This document shows positions 1 through 7,114 of a stretch of 32,000 bases of DNA, in pieces. This stretch comes from Aquifex aeolicus VF5 (GTDB taxonomy: Bacteria > Aquificota > Aquificia > Aquificales > Aquificaceae): contig NC_000918.1 of NCBI RefSeq assembly GCF_000008625.1, positions 450,001 through 482,000 of the forward strand, read 5' to 3'. The notes below the pieces were generated by a model. That model searched no databases and was not told where the DNA came from. It saw nothing but the letters and a program-made list of their open reading frames with translations. How positions within the stretch are numbered: position 1 is the stretch's first letter; each line of letters starts with the position of its first letter. A program made the position numbers and the translations under genes.

Positions 1-404
1 AAGAGAAACTTCCAGAACTTTACGAAGGGGATCTATTAGATCTCGTGAAAACGACACTTGAGGAAAGGAAGACCCAGCCACCTCCGAGATACACGGAAGG
101 AACTCTCATAAAGACCCTTGAGAAACTGGGAATAGGAAGACCTTCCACCTACGCAACTATAGTGAAAACACTGAAAGAGAGAGGGTACGTTGAAGTAAAG
201 AAAAAAGCTTTAGTACCAACCGAGATAGCCTTTCAGGTCGTTGAATTTTTAATGGAAAGATTTCCCACACTTATGGATTACAAGTTTACCGCCCAGATGG
301 AGGAAAAACTCGATCTCGTTGAAGAAGGAAAGCTCAATTGGAAGTCTGTAGTTTACGAGTTCATGGAAAAGATCTTCGGTAAGGAGTTGGAAATGGTAAG
401 ATAG
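1..404 (+). CDS. topA: DNA topoisomerase I (type IA), C-terminal part of catalytic core; gene enters from the left edge
   Basis: The frame is open from base 3 (EKLPELYEGDLLDLVKTTLEERKTQPPPRYTEGTLIKTLEKLGIGRPSTYATIVKTLKERGYV), the canonical type IA 'PPPRYTEGTLIKtLEkLGIGRPSTYA' block. The ORF-track start at 45 is an internal GTG. Stop TAG at 402-404. Confidence 0.95.
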   Translation, partial: EKLPELYEGDLLDLVKTTLEERKTQPPPRYTEGTLIKTLEKLGIGRPSTYATIVKTLKERGYVEVKKKALVPTEIAFQVVEFLMERFPTLMDYKFTAQMEEKLDLVEEGKLNWKSVVYEFMEKIFGKELEMVR

Positions 405-480
405 TGGTGGCCCAGGGCGGAGTCGAACCGCCGACACCCCGGTTTTCAGCCGGGTGCTCTACCACCTGAGCTACCGGGCC
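405..480 (-). tRNA. tRNA-Phe (anticodon GAA), CCA encoded
   Basis: The reverse complement folds as a 76-nt cloverleaf: GGCCCGG/CTGGGCC acceptor, GCTC/GAGC D-stem, CCCGG-CTGAAAA-CCGGG anticodon arm with GAA at 34-36, GGCGG-TTCGACT-CCGCC T-arm, discriminator A and encoded CCA. Confidence 0.97.
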
Positions 481-495
481 TTACGACAAAAATAT

Positions 496-524
496 ATTAT
501 ATATTCCATTCCCTTTGAGTTCAA
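496..524 (-). promoter_or_regulatory. Predicted sigma70-type promoter for tRNA-Phe
   Basis: On the minus strand: TTGAAC (519-524), 17-bp spacer, TATAAT (496-501), then 15 nt to the tRNA 5' base. Confidence 0.75.
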
Positions 525-542
525 GTGTCATAATTTAATTGT

Positions 543-833
543 ATGCCCAAGGTGATAGTTGCAAACATAAACGCGGAGTTTGAAGGAATAGAAAATGAAA
601 CAATTATGCAAATCCTTTACAGGAACGGGATAGAAATAGACAGCGCCTGCGGCGGGCACGGGCAGTGTACTTCTTGCAAGGTACTTATAATTTCGGGTTC
701 CGAAAATCTGTACCCTGCGGAGTTCGAAGAAAAAGACACTCTGGAAGAAAACGGCATGGATCCCGAAACGGAGAGGCTTTCGTGTCAGGCTAAACTGAAC
801 GGAAAAGGCGACGTGGTTATTTACCTTCCTTAA
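543..833 (+). CDS. [2Fe-2S] ferredoxin (plant/adrenodoxin-like fold)
   Basis: CGGHGQCTSC (C-X5-C-X2-C) plus the distal Cys in RLSCQAK, in a 96-aa protein. Confidence 0.9.
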   Translation: MPKVIVANINAEFEGIENETIMQILYRNGIEIDSACGGHGQCTSCKVLIISGSENLYPAEFEEKDTLEENGMDPETERLSCQAKLNGKGDVVIYLP

Positions 834-861
834 GGAATTTTTATGATTTTAATAAGAAACT

Positions 862-879
862 TGAATGAATTATCATTCA
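862..879. repeat. Perfect 7-bp inverted repeat TGAATGA-ATTA-TCATTCA, possible operator upstream of the hydrogenase operon
   Basis: Arms are exact reverse complements with a 4-nt spacer. It lies 9 bp upstream of a TATACT hexamer (888-893) and 36 bp upstream of hupS ATG 916. Confidence 0.5.
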
Positions 880-915
880 CGAAAGTGTATACTAAAAAAA
901 TAACAGGAGGTGGGT

Positions 916-1977
916 ATGGAAACTTTCTGGGAAGTTTTTAAAAGACACGGAGTAAGTAGAAGGGATTTCTTAAAGTTTGCAACTACGATAACGGGCCTTA
1001 TGGGCCTTGCCCCTTCCATGGTTCCCGAAGTCGTAAGGGCCATGGAGACTAAACCCAGAGTTCCCGTTTTATGGATACACGGACTCGAGTGCACGTGCTG
1101 TTCCGAGTCTTTCATACGTTCAGCTACTCCTCTGGCTTCCGATGTAGTTCTCTCCATGATTTCCCTGGAGTACGACGACACACTCTCTGCAGCTGCGGGA
1201 GAGGCGGTTGAAAAGCACAGGGAAAGAATCATAAAGGAATACTGGGGCAACTACATACTCGCTGTTGAAGGAAACCCGCCCCTCGGCGAAGACGGCATGT
1301 ACTGCATAATAGGCGGAAGACCTTTTGTGGAAATACTTAAGGAAAGTGCGGAAGGGGCAAAGGCTGTAATAGCGTGGGGAAGTTGTGCTTCCTGGGGATG
1401 CGTTCAGGCGGCAAAACCAAACCCCACGACTGCAGTTCCCATAGATAAAGTAATAAAGGATAAGCCAATAATAAAGGTTCCCGGATGTCCTCCCATAGCC
1501 GAGGTTATGACCGGAGTAATTATGTATATGGTTCTATTCGACAGAATCCCTCCTTTGGACTCTCAGGGAAGACCTAAGATGTTCTACGGAAACAGGATTC
1601 ACGATACCTGTTACAGGAGATCCTTCTTCAACGCCGGTCAATTCGTTGAGCAGTTTGACGACGAAGGGGCTAAGAAAGGTTGGTGCCTTTACAAGGTAGG
1701 ATGCAGAGGACCCACGACTTACAACTCCTGTGGTAACATGAGGTGGTACAACGGACTCTCCTATCCCATCCAGTCGGGACACGGTTGTATAGGCTGTGCG
1801 GAAAACAACTTCTGGGATAACGGACCCTTCTACGAAAGGATCGGTGGAATACCTGTTCCCGGAATAGAAAGCAAGGCGGACAAGGTTGGAGCTATTGCGG
1901 CGGCAGCTGCTGCAGGCGGTGCAATAATTCACGGTATAGCTTCCAAGATAAGAAAGTCAGGTGAAAAGGAAGAATAA
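916..1977 (+). CDS. hupS: [NiFe]-hydrogenase small subunit, membrane-bound, O2-tolerant group 1 type, Tat-exported
   Basis: Tat motif SRRDFLK; ECTCCSES and GSCASWGC supply the extra cysteines of the proximal cluster; C-terminal hydrophobic anchor. The ORF track starts at GTG 910, but the AGGAGGT Shine-Dalgarno at 905-911 fits ATG 916. Confidence 0.95.
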   Translation: METFWEVFKRHGVSRRDFLKFATTITGLMGLAPSMVPEVVRAMETKPRVPVLWIHGLECTCCSESFIRSATPLASDVVLSMISLEYDDTLSAAAGEAVEKHRERIIKEYWGNYILAVEGNPPLGEDGMYCIIGGRPFVEILKESAEGAKAVIAWGSCASWGCVQAAKPNPTTAVPIDKVIKDKPIIKVPGCPPIAEVMTGVIMYMVLFDRIPPLDSQGRPKMFYGNRIHDTCYRRSFFNAGQFVEQFDDEGAKKGWCLYKVGCRGPTTYNSCGNMRWYNGLSYPIQSGHGCIGCAENNFWDNGPFYERIGGIPVPGIESKADKVGAIAAAAAAGGAIIHGIASKIRKSGEKEE

Positions 1978-1991
1978 GGGAGGTGTTATAG

Positions 1992-3893
1992 ATGAAGAGA
2001 GTTGTAGTTGATCCTGTAACAAGGATAGAAGGTCATTTGAGAATTGAGATAATGGTTGACGAGGAAACAGGACAAGTGAAAGACGCCCTCTCCGCCGGAA
2101 CTATGTGGAGGGGGATTGAACTCATAGTGAGAAACAGGGACCCGAGAGACGTATGGGCATTTACCCAGAGAATATGCGGAGTTTGCACGTCCATACACGC
2201 CCTCGCATCACTGAGAGCTGTAGAAGACGCACTTGAGATAACTATTCCCAAAAACGCAAACTACATAAGGAATATAATGTACGGTTCACTTCAGGTTCAC
2301 GACCACGTGGTTCACTTTTACCACCTCCATGCACTCGACTGGGTTTCTCCTGTAGAAGCCCTGAAGGCGGACCCCGTCGCCACAGCGGCACTTGCAAACA
2401 AAATCCTTGAAAAGTACGGTGTTCTGAACGAATTTATGCCCGACTTTTTAGGCCACAGGGCTTACCCCAAAAAGTTCCCCAAAGCCACTCCCGGTTACTT
2501 CAGGGAGTTTCAGAAGAAGATAAAGAAGCTCGTTGAGAGCGGACAGCTCGGAATATTTGCCGCACACTGGTGGGATCACCCAGATTACCAGATGCTCCCG
2601 CCGGAAGTTCACCTCATAGGAATAGCCCACTACCTAAACATGCTTGACGTCCAGAGAGAACTCTTTATACCTCAGGTGGTGTTCGGCGGAAAGAACCCCC
2701 ACCCCCACTACATAGTTGGAGGAGTTAACTGTTCAATCTCCATGGACGATATGAACGCACCCGTAAACGCGGAAAGACTCGCGGTCGTAGAAGACGCTAT
2801 ATACACTCAGGTAGAGTCCACAGACTTTTTCTACATTCCCGACATTCTCGCAATCGCCGATATATACCTCAATCAACATAACTGGTTCTACGGCGGTGGA
2901 CTTTCCAAGAAGAGGGTAATAGGATACGGAGACTATCCCGATGAGCCCTACACGGGCATAAAGAACGGGGATTACCACAAGAAGATACTGTGGCACTCAA
3001 ACGGAGTCGTTGAAGACTTTTACAAGGGTGTGGAAAAGGCCAAGTTCTACAACCTAGAAGGAAAGGACTTTACGGATCCAGAGCAAATTCAGGAGTTCGT
3101 CACCCACTCCTGGTATAAGTATCCCGACGAAACGAAGGGACTTCACCCCTGGGATGGAATAACCGAGCCGAATTACACCGGACCGAAGGAAGGAACGAAA
3201 ACCCACTGGAAGTACCTTGACGAAAACGGAAAGTACTCTTGGATAAAAGCTCCGAGATGGAGAGGAAAGGCCTGTGAAGTAGGACCTCTGGCAAGGTACA
3301 TAATCGTCTACACAAAAGTAAAGCAGGGACACATAAAACCCACCTGGGTAGACGAACTCATAGTCAATCAAATAGACACCGTGTCCAAGATATTGAACCT
3401 CCCTCCCGAAAAGTGGCTGCCCACTACGGTCGGAAGGACAATCGCGAGGGCACTGGAAGCCCAGATGTCAGCACATACAAACCTCTACTGGATGAAGAAA
3501 CTCTATGACAACATAAAGGCGGGAGACACGAGCGTGGCAAACATGGAAAAGTGGGACCCCTCCACATGGCCAAAAGAGGCAAAGGGAGTGGGATTGACGG
3601 AAGCCCCGAGAGGTGCTCTCGGACACTGGGTGATAATAAAAGACGGAAAAGTGGCGAATTATCAGTGCGTTGTTCCAACCACATGGAACGGTTCTCCCAA
3701 GGACCCGAAGGGACAGCACGGAGCATTTGAAGAGTCAATGATTGACACGAAGGTAAAGGTTCCCGAAAAGCCCCTTGAAGTTCTCAGAGGTATTCACTCA
3801 TTTGACCCGTGCCTTGCATGTTCAACGCACCTCTACAACGAAAAGGGAGAAGAGATAGCCAGCGTAAGGGTTCAGGGGGTGGTTCATGTTTAA
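1992..3893 (+). CDS. hupL: [NiFe]-hydrogenase large subunit precursor
   Basis: N-terminal RICGVCTSIH and C-terminal DPCLACSTH Ni-binding motifs; a 20-aa tail after the final His, to be cleaved by the endopeptidase; GGGAGGTG Shine-Dalgarno just upstream. Confidence 0.97.
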   Translation: MKRVVVDPVTRIEGHLRIEIMVDEETGQVKDALSAGTMWRGIELIVRNRDPRDVWAFTQRICGVCTSIHALASLRAVEDALEITIPKNANYIRNIMYGSLQVHDHVVHFYHLHALDWVSPVEALKADPVATAALANKILEKYGVLNEFMPDFLGHRAYPKKFPKATPGYFREFQKKIKKLVESGQLGIFAAHWWDHPDYQMLPPEVHLIGIAHYLNMLDVQRELFIPQVVFGGKNPHPHYIVGGVNCSISMDDMNAPVNAERLAVVEDAIYTQVESTDFFYIPDILAIADIYLNQHNWFYGGGLSKKRVIGYGDYPDEPYTGIKNGDYHKKILWHSNGVVEDFYKGVEKAKFYNLEGKDFTDPEQIQEFVTHSWYKYPDETKGLHPWDGITEPNYTGPKEGTKTHWKYLDENGKYSWIKAPRWRGKACEVGPLARYIIVYTKVKQGHIKPTWVDELIVNQIDTVSKILNLPPEKWLPTTVGRTIARALEAQMSAHTNLYWMKKLYDNIKAGDTSVANMEKWDPSTWPKEAKGVGLTEAPRGALGHWVIIKDGKVANYQCVVPTTWNGSPKDPKGQHGAFEESMIDTKVKVPEKPLEVLRGIHSFDPCLACSTHLYNEKGEEIASVRVQGVVHV

Positions 3894-4572
3894 GAGGATT
3901 TTTATATTCAGCGCTTCCTTGAGGATATGGCACTGGATAAACTTCCTCACCATAATGGTCTTATTTTTTACGGGACTCTACATAGGGACGCCTTACTTCA
4001 CGACCTCTTCGGGATACGAGGCAACCTACGCCTACGATAAGAACATAACGATGGGATTTATAAGGTTTCTTCACTTTTCCGCCGGCTACGTCTTACTCTT
4101 TTCCTTCCTCTTCAGGATTTTCATAGCCTTCTTCAGAAAGGGAGACAGACTCTTCATCCCTAAGTTCTGGACGATAGAGTACTGGGAAGGGATAAAGGAA
4201 ACCTTAAAAGAATACCTCCTTATAGGCTCCCGCAAACCGATGATAAGGAATCCCTTAGCGAGAACCGCATACTTTTTCGTTTACTTGATGATTTTCTTCA
4301 TGATAGCAACGGGCTTCGGGATGTACGGACTTTCTGACCCCGACGGATTCTGGGCTTCCGTCTTTGGCTGGGTTGTCTGGAGTCTGGGAGGAGAGTTTGA
4401 AGCCCACTACTGGCACCATATAGTTGCATGGCTGATAATACTCTTCTTTATAGTTCACGTTTACTTCGTATCTAGGGAAGACTTCGTCCACAAAAACGGA
4501 GAAGTTTCTTCTATGTTCAACGGCTCTAAGTTCTTCAAAAAAGACCCTGTTGACCTTAAAGATATAAAGTAA
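3886..4572 (+). CDS. hupC: Hydrogenase-associated membrane cytochrome b subunit (HupC/HyaC family)
   Basis: Four hydrophobic segments with conserved His (RIWHWINF, HFSAGYVLL, HYWHHIVAWLIILFFIVHVY). 8-bp overlap with the hupL end. Confidence 0.9.
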   Translation: MFKRIFIFSASLRIWHWINFLTIMVLFFTGLYIGTPYFTTSSGYEATYAYDKNITMGFIRFLHFSAGYVLLFSFLFRIFIAFFRKGDRLFIPKFWTIEYWEGIKETLKEYLLIGSRKPMIRNPLARTAYFFVYLMIFFMIATGFGMYGLSDPDGFWASVFGWVVWSLGGEFEAHYWHHIVAWLIILFFIVHVYFVSREDFVHKNGEVSSMFNGSKFFKKDPVDLKDIK

Positions 4573-4584
4573 GGAGGTAAAAAA

Positions 4585-5127
4585 ATGAGGAAGTTTTTAC
4601 CTTTTGTGGGGCTCGCTTCTTTTGCCTTTGCACACCCGGGACACTTTCACGGCGTAAACCCTTTTAACTCCGGACTCATTCACCCGCTCACCGGGCTGGA
4701 TCACTTGTCCGTTATGGTGGCCGTAGGACTCCTCGGCAGTTACTACGCAGGAAAGAAGGCGTTTCTACCCGCTCTTACGTTTGTTAGCTTCATGACGCTC
4801 GGTTCAATACTTGGACTCCTCGGAGTTAGCGTTCCCTTCGTGGAAAGCGGGATAATTCTTTCCGTTGCTTTAATGGGAATACTTCTCTTTGCAAAGGACT
4901 TAAAACTCTCTTACGTACTCCCGCTTATAGGAATTTTTGGAATTCTTCATGGTGTAGCTCACGGATACGAAGCTCCCCAGACATTACACCCGGTTTACTA
5001 CGTTCTCGGATTTGTACTCTCTACCGCAGCACTTCACTTCACCGGATTGCTTTTCGGGAAGGCTCTTAAAGAGAAACTCGTTAGGGTATCGGGACTACTC
5101 CTCCTTGCCCTTGCCTTCCTCCTTTGA
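4585..5127 (+). CDS. hupE: HupE/UreJ-family membrane protein (possible nickel uptake)
   Basis: Signal peptide then HPGHFHG; HPLTGLDHLSVMVAVG signature of HupE/UreJ; GILHGVAHGYE; multiple transmembrane helices. Confidence 0.9.
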   Translation: MRKFLPFVGLASFAFAHPGHFHGVNPFNSGLIHPLTGLDHLSVMVAVGLLGSYYAGKKAFLPALTFVSFMTLGSILGLLGVSVPFVESGIILSVALMGILLFAKDLKLSYVLPLIGIFGILHGVAHGYEAPQTLHPVYYVLGFVLSTAALHFTGLLFGKALKEKLVRVSGLLLLALAFLL

Positions 5128-5139
5128 TACCCTTTTCCC

Positions 5140-5628
5140 ATGATTACGGTACTCGGTATAGGGAACATACTCTTATCGGATGAAGGACTGGGAGTGAGAA
5201 CGGTTGAGGAGCTCCAGAGGAGGTACGAGTTTCCCGAAAACGTGAAAGTGTTGGACGGCGGAACTCTCGGGATAGACTTACTTTACCATATAGAGGGAAC
5301 GGAAAAACTCCTCATAATTGATGCGGTTCTAGGGGGAAAGAAACCTGGAACCTTTTACAAAATAAAAAACGAAAATGTAAAGAAGTACTTTAAAAGTAAA
5401 GTTTCCATGCACGAACTCGGAATTCAGGAAGTTCTTGCACTCTTAGAGGTTCTGGAAAAACCCATAAAAGAAATAGTAGTTCTGGGACTGGAGCCCAAAA
5501 GCCTTGAAGTTTCAACAGAGCTCACTCCGGAAATACAGGAAAAAATTCCCCTCCTCGTGGAAGAAGCCCTATCTCAACTAAAGGAGTGGGGCGTTGAGGT
5601 GAAGGAGAAGAGCCATGAGCAGTGTTAA
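5140..5628 (+). CDS. hupD: Hydrogenase maturation endopeptidase (HupD/HyaD family)
   Basis: GIGNILLSDEGLGVRTVEEL, DGGTLGIDLL, LIIDAVLGG, SMHELGIQEVLAL. Confidence 0.93.
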   Translation: MITVLGIGNILLSDEGLGVRTVEELQRRYEFPENVKVLDGGTLGIDLLYHIEGTEKLLIIDAVLGGKKPGTFYKIKNENVKKYFKSKVSMHELGIQEVLALLEVLEKPIKEIVVLGLEPKSLEVSTELTPEIQEKIPLLVEEALSQLKEWGVEVKEKSHEQC

Positions 5629-5953
5629 GTTTTTACAAAATTTAAAAAGGATAAACGAGGAAGATTTGAGGAACTTAATGGAAAAAGGTGAGACCTTTGT
5701 CCTTTACGTGAGAAGCGAAAGGCTCTACGACAAGGTAAAGGAGATATTTGACGTTGACGTTGTTTTTCCCGAACTTGCCAAAAGCTTCGAAGGTATTCCC
5801 TTTTACTGGGGAGATGCTGACGAGCTGAAAGAATTAAATGTAATTCCTCCTTCCGTTCTTATATTCAAGGAAGGAAAGCCCGTTGAGTTTCTTCAAGGAA
5901 TAAAAACCTGGGCTGAATACACGAGGAAACTAAAGGAGAGCCTGCTATGCTGA
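5615..5953 (+). CDS. HyaE/HupG-like hydrogenase accessory protein (thioredoxin-like fold without CxxC)
   Basis: Match by eye to the HyaE pattern: VVFPELAKSFEG...ELNVIPPSVLIFKEGKPVEFLQGIKTWAEY. Operon position after hupD. Confidence 0.7.
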   Translation: MSSVKFLQNLKRINEEDLRNLMEKGETFVLYVRSERLYDKVKEIFDVDVVFPELAKSFEGIPFYWGDADELKELNVIPPSVLIFKEGKPVEFLQGIKTWAEYTRKLKESLLC

Positions 5954-6342
5954 TGAACGCAATTCCGATCTTGAAGGAGATACTCCAGGCTTTGAAGGAT
6001 TTGTATGAAAAGGGAGAAGAGCACGTAATTTACATAAATAAACTCCCTATAACTCCAGAAGACAGGGAACTCCTTCTGGACGTTCTCGGAGAAGGACAGG
6101 TGAAGATAACTTACTCCTCAAAGACCCAACCCGCTGAATGGAAAGAGACGGGAATATTCGGAGTCTGGATAGGGATTATTAAAAACAGGGACGACAAACC
6201 GGTTCTTGAGACGATAGAAATCACTTACTTTCCAAAACTCGCATCAGCCCAAAAGGAAGACGTACAGGAGAGTATTAAGTACCTTGAAGAAAAGATTTCG
6301 GAGATTGAAACTAAATTAAAAGAGGAGGAGAAAAATGTGTAA
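5947..6342 (+). CDS. Stand-alone HupH/HyaF C-terminal-domain-like protein
   Basis: Pattern LPITPEDRELLLDVLGEGQVKITY...EWKETGIFGVWIGIIKN...LETIEITYFP resembles the HyaF/HupH C-terminal domain. Operon position. Confidence 0.65.
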   Translation: MLMNAIPILKEILQALKDLYEKGEEHVIYINKLPITPEDRELLLDVLGEGQVKITYSSKTQPAEWKETGIFGVWIGIIKNRDDKPVLETIEITYFPKLASAQKEDVQESIKYLEEKISEIETKLKEEEKNV

Positions 6343-7114
6343 AGACTGCGGATGTTCCATCCCTGAGCACAACCACGAGCATGAACACCATCATCACCAT
6401 CACCATACAAATCCCGCACTCGGTGATAAGAAGACCGTTGAGGTCCTGAAAAAGATACTCTCCGCAAACGACGAGCAGGCGGAGAGCAACAGGAGGCACT
6501 TTGAAAGGCACGGAATACTGGCTGTTAACTTGATGAGTTCCCCGGGATCGGGAAAGACGACACTCCTTGAAAGAACCATAGAACTCCTGAAAGACGAACT
6601 CAAGATAGGTGTAATTGAAGGAGATTTGGAAACAAACAGGGACGCGGAGAGGATTAAAAAGAAGGGGGCGCCGGCATATCAGATAACAACGGGACAGGCT
6701 TGCCACCTTGATGCCTTTATGGTTCACGAAGGCATACACCACCTTCCCTTAGAAGAACTTGATATTGTCTTCATAGAAAACGTCGGAAACTTAGTTTGTC
6801 CGGCTTCTTACGACGTGGGAGCACACCTCAACGTCGTTCTCCTCTCCACAACAGAAGGAGAAGACAAGCCAGAGAAGTATCCGGTGATGTTTAAAAACTC
6901 TCAATTGATGTTAATAACTAAGGCAGATCTCTTACCTTACATGGACTTTGACGTTGAAAAGGCTGTAGAGTCCGCAAGAAAGGTAAATCCTTCCCTTGAC
7001 GTCATTACGCTTTCCGCAAAAACTGGAGAGGGAATGGAATTGTGGCTTGATTATCTGAAGTTTAAGTTGAAGGTCCTCAGGAATGCCCTTCAAAAGGCTA
7101 AAGCTTCACCTTAA
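6335..7114 (+). CDS. hypB: Hydrogenase nickel-insertion GTPase HypB with N-terminal CxxCGC and His-rich segment
   Basis: MCKDCGCS, HNHEHEHHHHHHH, P-loop SSPGSGKTTLLERT, IEGDLETNRDAERI, IIFIENVGNLVCPA-like block, NKADLLPY-like block (TKADLLPYMDFD). Confidence 0.97.
   Translation: MCKDCGCSIPEHNHEHEHHHHHHHTNPALGDKKTVEVLKKILSANDEQAESNRRHFERHGILAVNLMSSPGSGKTTLLERTIELLKDELKIGVIEGDLETNRDAERIKKKGAPAYQITTGQACHLDAFMVHEGIHHLPLEELDIVFIENVGNLVCPASYDVGAHLNVVLLSTTEGEDKPEKYPVMFKNSQLMLITKADLLPYMDFDVEKAVESARKVNPSLDVITLSAKTGEGMELWLDYLKFKLKVLRNALQKAKASP

Noticed and set aside
249-437. 62-aa minus-strand ORF running from the tRNA into topA
   Set aside because: It overlaps a complete tRNA-Phe gene and conserved topA sequence, and has no support.
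862-879. Fur or FNR box interpretation of the hupS upstream palindrome
   Set aside because: The right half resembles ATTATCA but the left half does not fit the 7-1-7 Fur pattern, and the TTGAT-N4-ATCAA FNR pattern is absent. It is kept only as an unassigned inverted repeat.
873-1977. Minus-strand ORFs 873-1250 and 1534-1932 opposite hupS
   Set aside because: They lie antisense to a strongly conserved CDS, with low-complexity Ser/Val composition typical of shadow ORFs and no recognisable motifs.
2033-3738. Minus-strand ORFs opposite hupL (2033-2251, 2448-2630, 2733-2996, 3054-3371, 3100-3315, 3424-3738, 3468-3719)
   Set aside because: Shadow ORFs of a conserved hydrogenase gene, with no ribosome-binding sites or family motifs.
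6366-6410. CAT/CAC trinucleotide run as a microsatellite or repeat element
   Set aside because: It is explained by the His-rich N-terminus of HypB, a known feature of the family.
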